Shown here piece by piece: positions 8,185-23,100 of a stretch of 54,791 nt of DNA; position 1 is the stretch's first letter, and each line of letters begins with the position of its first letter. The position numbers were made by a program, and so were the translations under genes. The notes below the pieces were generated by a model. That model was not told where the DNA came from. It made no database searches and saw nothing but the letters and a program-made list of their open reading frames with translations. The stretch is from a virus (taxonomy: Duplodnaviria; Caudoviricetes): the IMG/VR virus record IMGVR_UViG_3300033148_005125, positions 1 to 54,791 of that record; one strand, written 5' to 3'.

Positions 8185-11100
8185 TTGGCTAAAGACGAAT
8201 ATACATTTACTTTCCTAAAGGGTTCTACACAATCTACAGGTGGTGGCGCAGCCAAAACTAAGTCACAAGCCGGTGATTCTTCTATGAAAGATCTTCGTAG
8301 AACCCTTGAAAAAATCTTTAGAGAAAGTTCTAAAGATAATTCCAATACACTTGCAAAATCACTAGAAAAAATAATTATAAAATTTGCTAAGATACAAACG
8401 CAAGTTAAAGGTACTGCTGCGTCCGCAGGCCTTAGTGGTGCTGATGCACGTAGAATAGCCAAAGAGGTAGCCTCTGAAATTGTTAATCAACAAATAAGAC
8501 AATTAGCCAAATCATTTCCATCAAAAACTACCACCACAAAACAATCAGATGATAAACTTATAAAGTCTATAGAAAGAAGTGCTGATAGACAAGCAAAAAC
8601 TATTATTGGTGGTCTTAATTCTATTTTATCTAGACATGGTGTACAGCTTGAAAACATTAAAGATTTAGAAAGAGCCATATCTGGAGCTGTAAAAAATGCT
8701 ATTCCTAAAGATACCAGTATGGGTATCAAAGAAATAGGTAGAGCAGTGACATCATTAAAATCTGGATTTAATGAAATAAACAAGCTTTCCAGACAAATAA
8801 TGTCTATGCGTAAAAGTGGCGGTGGTATAGATGTAAAAGAAATAAAAGAAATGATGAGTTCATTTCAAAAACTTAATAAAGATTTTAAACAAATAACTGA
8901 TTCTACTGTAAAAGCTGGTAAAGCAATAGAAAGTGTAACTAATGATGTTGTTGGGTTTAAGAAAAGTTTGTCAGAAGTAAAAAAAGCTGCTACATCAAAA
9001 GTACGTGGGGTTAGAGAGAGAGCTGAAGCAGATCCTTCTAAGTTTGCAAAAACAGCAGCTGTGGCTATAGGACAAACTTTAGAAAGAGCACTTCAAAAAT
9101 CACCTGGTTTTAAAGGAAGTGATTTAGAACGTAACATAAAAAAGTTAGGTGATAATGTAAAAGATATAGGGGATGTTTTAGATAAATTTAAAAAAGTACA
9201 GGCTGATATAACTACATCAACTAAAAAAGGTAAAATATCTATTGATACAAAGGCAATTATTGGTTTATCCAAAGACTTAGGTAATTTACCAGATAAAATT
9301 GGAGTTGATATAGATACTAAAGGATGGAAAGATTTAACTAAAGGTCTTGAAAATTTTGCAAAAACCGCAGATTTTATAATAAGTTCTTTAAAAAAATTAA
9401 AGGTATCCGTTGATGTAGATACTAAACCAATAGAAAAGAAAGTTGAAAGTGCAGTAAAAAGTGGTGTAGAAAAAGGGTTTTCAAATAATATCAAAGCAAT
9501 AATGAAAGAAGCAGATACTTCTTTTAATAAAGTTATAAGTGAAATGCGGGTTATGTATAAAGCATTACCCAAAGAAAGCCCCATAAGATCACGTTTTGAA
9601 AAAGCAGGCAAAGCATTAACAGTTGCTAAAGAAAGAGGAGATTATCTAGAGATAGCTAAACGTATTACTGGAATACAAGATGTTGTTAAAGCTCCAGTTC
9701 TAAACAAAGCTATAAATGAGTTAAAAGGTGTTATAGTAGAAATTACATCAGAACTTAAAGGGGCTGGTGTTGATGATGTATCAGGCGCATTAAAGAAAAG
9801 TGGTAAAGCTGTTGATGAGTTAACTAATACCATACTTAAAAAGAAAAAAGAGATAGATCAATTTCCTGCTAAAAAGTTTAATATATCTGGAGCTATGGAT
9901 AAAGTTAAATTTTTACAATCTACATCCAGACAATTCCCACAAGAATATATAAAACCAGGAAAAGAGTTTGAATTAAAGGGCACTGATATAGGATTTGGTG
10001 CAAATGTTAGACAGGCGGTAAAAGAAAAAGCAGATTCTTTAGCTAAATCTTTAGGGGCACTTGAACAAGATTTAATATCTGGTTTGGAAGCAGGTCCTGG
10101 ATTTCAGAAGGGCGGTTGGAAACTATTAGATAAAGAACTTAAAAGAGTGGGCCAACAATGGACTTTACAGATGGCCCAGATTGGTGGAGAAGAAGGAATT
10201 GAAGGTTTATTAAAACAATTAGATAAGACTTATATAAAAATCAAAGATCCAAAAAAGTTGTTAGCAGAGTATAAAAGTAAAAGAAAAGAAAAAATAACTA
10301 ATGTTGTAAAAGAGGATTCAAAGAGAGCAACAGAGGTTGGTAAATGGCTTATTCAAAGAAATGAAGATGATATAGAAAAATTATCTTTATCTAAACCTAT
10401 GGCAGGAACAATTAAAAAGTCACTTAAAACCATTAAATCTAAATTTAAAGGTACTGAAGTTGGCGAGATCATGCGTTCAGAATTAATTAGTAGTTTAGGA
10501 ACATCTTTAGAGGAGGTATTTAAAGAGACTTTCGCCGCAGATTTAGTTAAAAAAGAATTGGCTACTGATAGGGGTATAAAAGGACCACTTGTAAGAAGAA
10601 TGGCTATCCCAGCAGCAAAACTTTCTGAAACAGGTACTGCCACATTTAAAACTAGATATGGTACTGAGAGGGCTTTACCTAAATTTGCTACTTATAAAAC
10701 AGGGTTTGAAGAATTATATGATAAAATGACTAAACAACAAGCTATGGTGGGCGAGGAGGCTCGTAAATTTCAAAATGCTATAATTGATATAGGAATGAAG
10801 CCAACTAGTCCAAAAGCTTTTTCAAAAGCAAAAGATGTTTCTAAAGATATGTTAACCAGAATGGCTAAAACTGGTCCACAGCAGTTAGATTTTGTTATAG
10901 AGCAGTATAAAGAAGCTGCTACAATGATAGGTGCTAAAAGACAACAGGCTGGTGTGGGTTCTATAGAAAGTTATGAGAAGAAAATAAGTTCTGGGATAAA
11001 TAGTTTTAGAAATAAATATACTGATTTACCAGAGGTATTTGACAAATTCGTGGTTGAAATGGAAGATCTTGGTCTTTCTGCATATGATGTAGTTAAGTCC

Positions 11101-14100
11101 CTTGAATCTATAAAATTTGAAAATGTTTATGATATCTATAGAAAAGTTTTAAAAGGTAAAGTTTATAAAGGAAAAGGTGGTAAAAAAGATGTATTTGAAG
11201 GTCCTACCCCAGAAGTGTCACAATACCCTGGATCTAGACGAAATCTTAGACGGTTTGATCAGGCTGTTGCTCAAGTAGAACAGTTAATGCCTATAATAGA
11301 AAAGGCTAAGGTTAAAAGAGGTAAGCATCAGGAAGAAGTTACCACAACATTTTTTCAAACATCACCTATGTATAAAGGTTCCGAAAAAGAACTTAAATTT
11401 GATGCTGATAAACAAAAAGATAAAATATTATCTATAAATATGAATTTGAGAGACATGCTAAAAGAATATGAGACTTTGTCTCAGTCTGGCGCTGAAATGT
11501 CAATGCAAACAGCAAAAAGATTAGAACGATATGCTGGTGTTCCAAGGGGAGTAAAAACAATTTCAACATTAGGTCCTCCAGAAGAACAGGCATCTAAATA
11601 TACTGAATTTAGAGGTGGTAAGTTTGCAGAGAAGGCTAGATCTTTAGCACCATTAGAATCTACAGCTATAAAATTATATACAGAAAAACTATTGGATCAG
11701 GCACCGTTCGGTGAGTTTAGTAGACTTGGTAAACAGATAGGTTATGTAAACAGTGCTATGTCAAGTTTGAGTGATGATGCAAAGAAAGTTTTTAGTGTTG
11801 CTGGGATTACTACAGAAGAACCCAAATTTAGAACAACAAGAGAGCGAGAACTTACTTCTGCTGGTAGATACGGTTCTACTGGTTATGGTTTTAATGTTAT
11901 AGCAGAACTTAAGCATTCTGCTGATACTTTTGAAGATCAAGTTGTGGTCTCTGGCAATTTAGCAAAAGCATTAACACAAGCTGTTAGTACTTTAGTTAAA
12001 CCAGGTCCTAAAGGTAGATTAGGTAGTATGGCCGGAGCTCATGTTACTGATATTGAAAAGGGCCAGGTGTTAAGAGATACCACAGTTAAAGAGATAGGTA
12101 AAGTATCCAAACAATTTATGGAGATACTTGGTGTACCACAAGAATATAAGAAAGAAGCTGATAAAGCTTTAATAGAAACTGTAAAAAAAGAAATAATTAA
12201 TGTTAGGGGTCAGGATGTAGAAATTCAGAAGGCTCAATTAGCTGAAGTTTTTATGAATTATTTCGGTAGAAAGTTCACCACAAGGTATGGTTCTAAAGGT
12301 GTTAGTATAAGTAAGGAAGATTTAGGTACAGCTAAAATACCTAAATCAATGGGCCAGTTAGCGTCTGATATTATAGGTAAAATGGAGGAAGAAGGTAAGG
12401 CTCCTAAATTTGGTAAATTAAAAAATATTGCTGGTATACAGAAGGAATTAGTAGAATCAGGTAATAAGTTTATGATTAGTATGTTTAGTGATGCTACTAG
12501 TCAAGTTGCTAAAGGATTAGGTGTAGAAGAAGAAATAGAGAAACAAGCTAAGATATATAAAATGTTTACAGGTCTTATAAAACGGGTTTATGGTGAAGAT
12601 TTACCAAAAGATGTTGAGGGTATACTTAAGTTAAAAAGTCTTTATAAACAAAAAGTTGGTGGAAAGCTTTTTGAAGAAAAACCTATTGATATAAGAATAA
12701 GTGCACGTGGTGCTATTAAACGTGGTTTACAACCAGAATTTATAGAAACCATGATGGGTAATGTTATAGGTGCAGGAGCTAAAGAAACTACAGTTCAACC
12801 AAGGATTGAAAAAGGCGTTTATGAAAAAATATTAGGTACTAAAGGAAAAGCAGGGATGCTAAGCAGATATAGCAAAGCACTGGGTTTTGAGTCCGCCGGA
12901 CCTAAAAAGAAAGAAATAGAAAAAGAACTTTTTAAAACATTTAAAGCGGCCGGCAAAACCGATGAAGAAGCTAAAGTTATGGCTGAGAGAGCAGCCGCTT
13001 TTGAAGCATCCGCTAATTATTACACAACAGTTAAAAATGAATATGGAAAAGCAACTAAAAGTATAATAGGGCCTAAATTTGTTCAGATAATAGAAGAACC
13101 ACATGAGACAGAAAAGTGGTCTGCTAAAGGAGTAAAGGAGTTAAAGAAAGGAGCTAAAATAAATTTAGCTGCTTACTCTGCTTATGCTGGTGTTTTTGGT
13201 GAACAATCTTCTTTAATGAAGCAAATAAAAGGTGGGACTACTTTAGAGTCTAAAAAACAGTTTGAATATATAAAAGCCTTAGAAGCAATGGCTGTAAAAG
13301 GCCCAGGCAAAGAGATGGCAGATGCTTTAATGCAGGGTGTTAGAAAAGTTCCTTTGGGAGAACTACAAGAATTTGAACCACGTACAGGAACATTCAGTAA
13401 GGAGGATCTTGAAAGAAGTTTAAAAGGAACAGTTCTAGATATAGAAAAATATGCATCTGATTTTGCTGTAGATTTACCAGCTGGCAAGGGTGCTAAAGGT
13501 GAGATGTTAACAAAGCCTTTTTATATCCCAGGGCCATTAGCTAGACAAACATACCCAGAAGAATTATTAGCGGGCGAATATGGCATGGATGAAATAGCAA
13601 GATACTTACAGATGGTGATTAACACTGCTAAGGAAACAGAAGCAGCATTCTCTGGTGAAGGATCTAAAGTAAAAGATGTAAATAAGGTTATTAGAGATAA
13701 AGTTTTATCCGCTATAGCAAAGGCACAAGAAGGTGGTGTTACAGAAAAAACAGATGTACTTAATAAACTTTGGCAGGGTTTACAAGATATTGAAGTTGAT
13801 TTTGCTTTCAGAAAAGAAATGGGAGCTCCTGAAGGTACAACAGAAAAACAATATATAACTAAATATTTTGAAAAATTTAAAAGTAGATATGCTCAAACAC
13901 CAGGCAAAACTGAAGAAGATGCAATGTTGCAAACTATTCGTAGGATGGGTGATATATTAGTAGGTCCTAAACTAGGAGCTAGAAAAGATATAGCGGCCAC
14001 TAAACCAAGGTTAGCTAAAGAAGTAGAAGCTGGTACTACAGCAGCTTTTGCAAAAAGATTGGGTATAGATATAACTGATGATGAATTTATAGATAAAAAA

Positions 14101-17100
14101 TTAGATCAGTTGAGAAGAGCTAAAGTTACTTATATGAGTGCTTTAGCCAAATCTTTATTGGGTAAAAGCGGCGCTGTACAATCTACATTTTTCGAAAGAA
14201 AAGCACCAGCGGTTATGGGTAAAGCTATAAATGCTGTTACTGATAGAACATCCGAGTTAAAAGAATTTAGTAATACATTAAGAAAGTTAGCATCAGAAGC
14301 TGGGTTCGAAAAATATATAGAAGCATTTGGCAGTATAGCTAATGTTGTTGATGAAATAGGTGCTGAACACGCAAATATTATATCTAAATATAAAAAATCA
14401 GGTGTTCCTGTTTTAAAACAAGAAGAGCTTGGAATACCAGAGTCTATGGCTAAAAAAATGCCAGTCACATTTGAAAAAAGATATGAAATGACATCTGGTA
14501 TGCCTATACTAACTAATAAACCCAAAGCGGCTACTACTGTAGAATCTAATCTTTCTAAGATGTTGGATTATAAAAAAGAACTAGAAGAAGGTTTAAGTAA
14601 AGTAGATATTAAGTCAGACGTAAATGCTATTAAAGATTTCATAGAACAAGAATTAGTTCCTCATGTAGAAACTATGAGGTTCCCTTTCACAGGTGTTTCT
14701 TCATTACAACCATATAAAGCCAAAGTATTAAAAGAAGAAGATTATCCAAAAGGAAAATTTGCATACGCAGTGCCGGGTGTGCCTGAAATGAGAATGGCTA
14801 CTGAGGGTGATAAAACTGGTTTTGTTGAAGTAGTTAAAAAATTAGAAGGAATAAGAGATGATTTTATAAAAGCCAGAGAAGGATTACATACAACATCAGA
14901 AGCTGCAGGAATGGAAGCAGATCCATCAAGAGTAAAAGAACTTACTGATAAAATAGGAATGTTAGATGAAGCAATATCAAATGTGTTGCCTAGATATACA
15001 GCCATACAACAAAAATTAGATTTTGACGGTGATGAAATAGAAGCACATTCTGGTGTATTAGCGGGGGCTAGACGGGATATAAAGAAACATTTTGATACAC
15101 TCAATAAATCTACAGACTCTATTGAAACTGCTTGGAGACAAGTTAGAGGTTTTGAAGAAACTACACCAGGAGCCACTAGTTCTAGATTTCCATTTGCTGA
15201 TTTATTAACATATTTTGAAAGTAAGTGGAAACCTGAAAAAGGATATGAGTTTCTAAAAAGACCAGAAATAACTGAGAAATTAGAATTTTTAAAACCATCA
15301 GAAAAATTAGATATTTTATCCGGTGGCGAGCCACAAAAAATAGGCATGTTGTTGAAGGATATTACTTCAAGACAAGTTACAGAGTCAGGTCCTAGAGAAG
15401 AGATATTTGCTACTATAGATAAAAATATAAATGAAGGTAATAATACTTCCAAAGCATTATTAGAAGCTATAAAGATGTTAGATTCTGATTTTTCTAAGTT
15501 GATAGAAGCAGGTGTTAACGAAAGTCTATATCAGCAAAAATATTCGGATGCTATAATTGGTCAGTTATATAAATTACACACAGGACCAGATGTAGAGGCT
15601 GTATATAGAATGCAGAGAGTATCTGAATCTAGAATGGGTTTTGGTGGAGGTATGATAGCACCTGAAGAAGGTGGTTATAGAACCAATGTTTCTGATACTT
15701 TCAGAAAAAGGTGGCCAACAGGTTTAAAAATGTTAGGTAAAGTTTCACCTGAATCTGAGATAAGTACCTTCATGAATGAAATAAGTCGTTTTGCACAGCA
15801 AAAAGGTATGGATGTTAAATTAGCTGGTGAAAAACCAGTTGGTGGTGAGATGACTTCTTTATTAGGTAAGGGAACAGAGGGTATGGACATCCTGTTAGAA
15901 AAAATAGGTTTAGCAGGAGAAAAAGCTAATGATGATTACAAGCAATTAAAAGAATTTGCTGATACAAGTTCTAAAGTTATAGAAAAAAGACTAGGTACTT
16001 TACCCACAGAGGCAATAAAGAAAGAAGTTTCTGGATTAAGAAAAGTAAGAGGTATGCCAGAAATTACAATGGGAACCAGAAAACAAGCCGTGGATGAAGC
16101 TGTAAAATTGATAGGTTTTGAAGGTTTTCTTAGAGAGTTATCCAAACAAATAGAAGAAGATGCTGTAGAAGCTCTCACTGCTCAACTAGAGGCTATGCCT
16201 GAACATAAAAGAAAAAAACGTATGAGTAGAAAATCTTACCTGTCTACCAAAGAATTTGCTGAAGAAGAAATACAGACTAGCGAGAAAATAGGAAAGAAAT
16301 CTCCTACTGGAATAAGTACGTCTAAAATAATGCAACAGAGAGCACCTTTATATGGTTTTAGGAGCTCTAGCGCTACACAAGATGATATAGTAAAAGCATA
16401 TAGAGATACTGCAGAGCCAGTTGTAGCTCCAAAGTATTTGAAAGGTGATACTGCTTTAAAATATGAAAAAGCTCAGGAAGTTGCTTTAAGTATAGCCAGA
16501 TCTTTAAAAGAAGTAGGTCAAATGAGACCTGGTGGTGCTTATAGTGATTTAGTGTTGTCTACTATAGACAATATGTACAAAGAACAAGCAAAGAAAGAAT
16601 CCACTTTAAACGATTTAAGACAGGAAGGTTATAATATAGGTATAAAACGTGAGACATCTGATATACCACAAAGAATGTTTGAAGAAGGTATGCCTGACAT
16701 ACCATCATTTATTAGAGAACTTATAGATCCTTCAAATACTGCAGCTAACTCTTTACAAGAACTTAAAAAAGAAGTTGATGCTCTTTCTTTATTAGCAGGG
16801 GTACCCCCACTTAGTGCTGAAACCAGAAAGCAAATTAAAATAGATATGCCAGAATTAGGTGCCGCTGCCAGAGCAAAATATCCAGAAATAGTAGAAGAAA
16901 GTGAAATTGCTAAATCTGAACGAGAGAGTAAAATAAGTGAATTTACTGATTTACTAATTCAAAAGGCTCAAGCAGTTGCTCAAATGGATAGAGCTATAGC
17001 TTCTTTAATATCTTCAAAAGGTTTTGAAACTAAATTATTACCCCCAAAAGAGGATGTTAAAAGAGCTTTAAATGAAACTATAAAAGCTACAATAAAAGCC

Positions 17101-20100
17101 CCAATAGGTAGACCAACTATTGTTGAACCATCAACTACTAGAGAACTTAGACAAGGTATAGAAAAAGCAAGTGATATGTTTTTTTCAAAAACACAAGAGG
17201 TAAGTAGAATGCCTGTTGTTGGTGGTCCTACCGGTCCAAGCGATATAGGTCCTAGTGGAACATTAGCTGGAAGGCTTAGTGATGAGGTAGTACGTGTTCA
17301 TATACAAAGTGTTCAAGAAGGTATAGGGCTATCTTTTACACCTGCCGGCGCCATGCAGGATGTTATAGAGTCTAGAAAACCAGATAGAAAAGGATATACA
17401 GATGAATTAAAAGAATTACAAAGAAGATCTGCTGGGGTAACTCAAACTTTAGAAGAAACTTATGCAAATGTTTATAGAGCAAGTGCTCTATCTGGTGGTG
17501 GTATATACGGTAGTAAAAAAGGTAGTAGAGAACAACAACAAGTTGAATCTATAAAAGAATATATGAGAACCGGTAAAAAAGAAGTTCCGCCAAAAGCTGA
17601 AGCTATGGCATTTGAGGGAACTGTTATACATAAAAAGGAGCAAGATAGATTAATAAAAGAAATAGAGGCACAGACTGGTGGAAAAGAAAAGTACGATGTT
17701 GAAAGATATGTTAAATACACCAGTTCAATGGCAAAAGATATAACTGGTCATGTAGATCTAATTAAACAAAGATTAGATGAAGATACTCAGGAATATGTTG
17801 ATAATAAAATTATAGACATTAAAACTGTTAGTGATAAAATGGTAAAAAGATTTAAAGATTTAGGTGTAGAAAAATTTTCAGATTTACCAGAACTAAAAAA
17901 GAAAGGTGGATTAACAGAATACGATGTACAAAAATTAGAAGATGTAGCTTCCCAACTTAATTTATACATAGCTGCTGTAGCACAAGCTAATAGTGTTGCT
18001 GCAGATAGTCTTAAAGGCGAAGCTTGGTTTTATGATAGAGATGATATAAAAAATATAGCTAAAGTAAGTTTTGATTTTGATCCTAATAGATTAAAAAAGG
18101 ATATAGACGCTGTATCTAAAGCAAGAAAGTCCATAGTTTCTGAATATGGTAAAGATGCATTTGCTAAAGCTACACATGTAATAGATTTAGAAAAAGCAGA
18201 TGCTAAACGTAAAGCTGGAGTAGAACCATTATCTACTAAAGAATGGAAAAGGTTTGAGAATATATCTAAAGAACATAGAAAGATGGTAGAAGATCCAAGC
18301 AGTGATTATTGGAAAAGAGAAAAAGATGTAAAACCTAGAAGTATTGATAAAGAAAGACTTAGGGAGGAAAAAGGAAGTCAAAGAGCAAGGTTTGAAAGTT
18401 ATACAATACCAGAAGCCCCTGTGATGGGAGAAGCAGTTTATGATCAACTAGAAAACCTTAAACTTGTACATAAAGCAGCTAAAGATTATCAATTAAGATC
18501 TAAAGGTATAAACATGAAAACTGTTGGTACCGATATTCATGAAAGTTTAGCTCCTATAATAGAAAATGTACAAGAAATAGGACCACAGGGTAATGCATTT
18601 TCAGAAGCCATCGAGGATTTAAAATTTGCTGGAATGATTGGTGGTGGTGAAATAAGTAAAGCTTGGAAATATTACAGAATAGCGTTGGGTGATTTTTATA
18701 TAAAACAAGCTGAAGAAGCTAAAAAATTAGAATCTGATTTACAACAACAAGGTGAGTTAGGTGGAGCAAACGAGGCTTATCAGCAAGCAGAACGTACTAT
18801 AAATGATATGAAGAAAAGGATGTCTCAATCATTAGGCAAACCTTCTGATATTTATACTGAAATGAGACGTTATATATCTCCAGATATTATGCAGCAATTA
18901 GGTTTGTATTTAACACCAGAGCAACTTATTACTAAATCTAAAGGTTCTTTAGGGGATGATGAAAAACTTGATAAAATATTTAAAGAAGGTATTGTTGGTG
19001 ATGTATTAGAGGGCGGAAAACTTACTGCTCCTATAGAAAAAGTCAGAGATGCTTTAAAAGGAATTAGTGATTTAGATGAAGACATGGTTAAAGTATTAAC
19101 TGATGCAAACAAGCTTAAAAAGGTAGGACCTGAAATACAAGAAGCTTGGAATTTTGAAAAACTTACTGATAGAGTAACTAAATTAAGAGCGAGTTTAGAA
19201 ACATTTTTAAGATTTAGATTGCAAGAAGATGACGATGTAGTAGGTAGAAAAAATTTAGAAGATACGTTAAAACTTTTAAAGAGTTTAGAAAACCAGTATT
19301 CATCTCTTGGAAGAGTACAAAAAGAAGGCCCTGCCGGTTGGGGACAAATGGGTCTTGTTAAGGTTCCAAAATTTGTTGAACCTAAACAACAATATGCAAT
19401 GCATATGAGAAACGTCCAAAAGACTAGAGAATATTTTGGAAAGATAGAAGAAAAAGGTGGTCCAAAAGCTGGCGAAAGATACAGCTATATGTTTAAAGTG
19501 ATAGGTGAATCTGGCGACACAATAAAAAATGCAGTATATGATTTTAGAAAGTATGGAGATGCTGTAAATTTTGCAGGTGAAAAAGTAGGTGTTTTTAAAG
19601 AAGATCAGCGCGATATGTTTGAGTTCATGCAGGAAGGCGGTAGGACTTTTAGATCTGCTATTATGCGTGCTATTAGATGGGGCGCTGCTTCTAGAATAGT
19701 CTATGGTGGATGGCAGAAATTAGGTCAATCTATAGGATTGCTTGCTGATATTGAAACTGGTATGGCTAATCTAAGAATGGTTATGAGTCCACTAGAAACT
19801 GATTTTGGTGGTTTGGGCAAATCTGCTATAGGTTTTGCTAAACAATATGGTGTACCCATGACAGATGTGCTTAAATCTATGAAGATTTTTGCTCAACAAG
19901 GTTTAAAGCAGGAAGAAGTTGTAGATAGGACTCAAACTGCTACTTTAGCTTCTAACGTTACTACTTTAAGTGCAACTGAGGCTACGGAAGCTTTAACTGC
20001 TGCTATGAAAGTTTTTCGTCAAGAAGGCGAAAGCTCTATGAAATTTATGGACGCTTGGAGTGAGGTTGAAGCTAAGCATGCTATTACATCTGGTGATATG

Positions 20101-23100
20101 GCAAATGCTTTAAAGAAAGCAGCGTCCGCTGGTAAGAATGCTGGATTTTCTTTTGATGAATTAAATGGTGTTGTAGCAGCTATAGGAGCAGTAACTAGAC
20201 AAAGTGGTAAAGAAGTGGGTACCGCTATGAGATTTATTTTTAGAAGACTTACTAGTGAAAAAGGTCCAAAAGAATTAGCTAAAATAGGGATACCTGTTTT
20301 AACTGATACAGGAGAACTTAGAAAAGGTTTTGACGTTCTAGATGATCTGTCTAAATCTTGGAAAGATTTAACCAGTGCTCAAAGAATGAATATAGCACAG
20401 GCTATTGGTGGTACAAGACAATATAATGCTCTCTTAGTTTTAATGGATAATTGGGGTGAAGCTCTTAGTGCTATTAAAGATAGTACTAATTCTAAGGGTT
20501 CAGCTGAGAGACGTAATTTAGAAATAATGAAGACTTTTACTAAACAGATGGCGCAGATGAAACAAGCTGCTACTGAAGTTTATATGTCTTTTGGTAAGAT
20601 TACATTTCCAGCAGCTAAGGTTGGTCTGAAAGGTTTAAAGTTTTTGTTAGAAGCTTTTACTGAGGTGCCTGGTGTTATAAAAGGCGCTATGATAGCGATA
20701 TCTGGTTTCTTTATTTATATGTCTAAGGGTGCTGATATTATAGATTATTTCTTTGAAAGATGGAGAGGTGGTAAATCTATAATAGGTAATGTTATGAAAG
20801 AAATTGGTAATGAATGGACTATGGGAATGTCAGAAATGTTTGGAACTGGCGCTCTTGAGCAGAATTTAAAAACTATAGGTAAAGGTAAAAAAATAAAAAT
20901 ACCTGTGGGTGTTTTTGATGTAAGCCCTAAGGGAGTAGCACAAGAAAGAGTTGTGGAAAGATCAGTACCACAAGGTAAAAAATTAGGAGATTTCCATTCT
21001 GTATTAGGTAAAACAACATTTTTACTTAAACAGACTGGTATGGCTTATAATGATTTTATAGGTGATGTAATTAAAGGAAGCGGAGACCTTGCTAAAGATA
21101 TGGGCGGTCCTTTTGAATATATTTCTAAAAAAATGTATGCTTTAGAGAGTATGTTTAAAAAGCTTACTAGTACTATGGTTAATCCAGAGATGATAATAAC
21201 GGCGTTAGAAACTGGTGGTTTTGTAGATTTAATTCCTGGAATCATCGGTACTGTAGGAATTGTTGCTAGTAAAGCAACTGGTGATGCTACTAAAGCCGTT
21301 TCTAAATTATCAGATTTTGCTGGAGATAAGTTTGGACAGACAGGAAAATCTTTTGTAGAGGGATTTGCTTCCGGTAATACCGATATGGTTAAGGCTTTAG
21401 CTCCGTTGGGTGCTACTATTATTGCTCTTTATCCAGCACTTAAATCTTTAAGTGAATATTATATGAAAACTACACAATCTGCACAAGATTATGAAAAGGC
21501 TATGTATGGTGTCAGACGTGCTAATGAGAGTCAATTAAAAGGTATTAGAGAATTAATGAGTGGTTATTCAGGTTTAGAAAGTTCCATGGCTGATGTTGCT
21601 AAAGTATCAGATCCTAATGTAAAAAAACGAAGACAAGAATTAGGTACTTTTGAAAGTCCATTATTAACTATGTCTTCAATTATTAAAAAATCAAGAGATT
21701 TATCAAATAATTTAGCTGACAGTAATATTAATTTAGTAGTAGGTTATGATAAATTTGGTAATGCTATTTTAAATGTTACTGGAAATCTTAAAGATTATTT
21801 AAAAACTTTAGAAAATATAAAAGTAAAAGAAGTAGCTAAAGTTGAAATAGATATAGCAGCTAAATTTATTACAGATTTAACAGAAATAGAGGGACCAGAA
21901 AAATGGAAATATGCTTTAAAGAATTTACTTAAAGAAGCCCCTGCTTTCGGTGAGGTTTTAGCTAAAGGTATAAAAACATCTCCGGCTAAAGCTATGAATG
22001 TAGTTACTGAAAGATTAAATGATATGTTAGCACTAAAAAAGAAATTTCCTATGTCCACAGCTTTTGATAAAGATATAAATAAACATCAAGCTAATTTAAA
22101 GAAAGTACGTTCTGGTTTCAGCGCCACATATTCTGATTTTAGAAGAGTCTTATCTGATATAACAACAAAAGGTTTAGGTAAAGATGAGATAGCAGCATTA
22201 TTAGGCACTAAAGAACTTCGTAAAGGTTATGAATTAATGATTGAAGTTGAACCTAGATTTAATCTTAAGGAAACAAAAGGTAAAGTTGAATGGCAGGATG
22301 TATTAGGGGCAGAAGTTATGAGAAGAGCATTTCCTTCTTTTGCTGCTACATTTGATGCCACATCAGTTTTAACTAAAGCAAGATTAGAGACTTCCGGAGC
22401 TGTTAAAAGAGAAGGGAAAGCTATGTCTGGTGATGTAGCCTTCTTTATGGATAGTGCTGCTGATAAATATGGTATAGCTGGAAATCAAGCTGTTGTTTCT
22501 CTAAAAGAAACTACTGATGGTGTGTTTGATTGGTTTATTACTTATTTCAATAGTAAAACTCTTAAGATAGAAGAAAAACCATTTACAGAAGATTTACAAG
22601 GTATGGTTGAAAGTATATTCCCAAAGAATAGAATAGAAGAAGAGTTATCTGAGAGAGTGCAATCTCTAAACGAGTTCGTAGCAGGCGCTTCAGCTGGTTT
22701 GAGGGGATTATCTGCTAAAGATTTCAAGAAAGATTTTGGTCTAGGTGAAAGATTTTTCTCTGAAATTCCTACTACTACTATATTACAAGGCCCAAAAGGA
22801 TTTGTTCCTAGCGCTGCCGGCGGAGCGGGTACTTTTGGCCAATCTCCATTTCAAAAAGATTGGAAAGAAACTACTGAACAATTTTTCTTTAAACCAATGC
22901 GTGAATATAGACTTAAAGCTGATCAATTAGATAAACTTAAGCTTGAAGGTTTACAGGGAGGAGAAGTTACTTTAGCAAAAGGTTTATATGAAGAATTAAC
23001 TAAATTACAAAATACATTAAAAAATAATCAAGTAGTTTTACAATACAGAGCTGTTTTTGCTGATTTAACAAAAACACTAGAAGAAGGAACTAGAGCATTA

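Noticed and set aside
10590-15830. Cellular rpoB/rpoC fragment or host contamination
   Set aside because: Motifs are highly diverged, in frame with the TMP core, share the same codon style, and lack ribosomal-operon context.
17470-18140. Cas4 / CRISPR system
   Set aside because: No Fe-S cysteines, no other cas genes, and no repeat-spacer array seen in the window.
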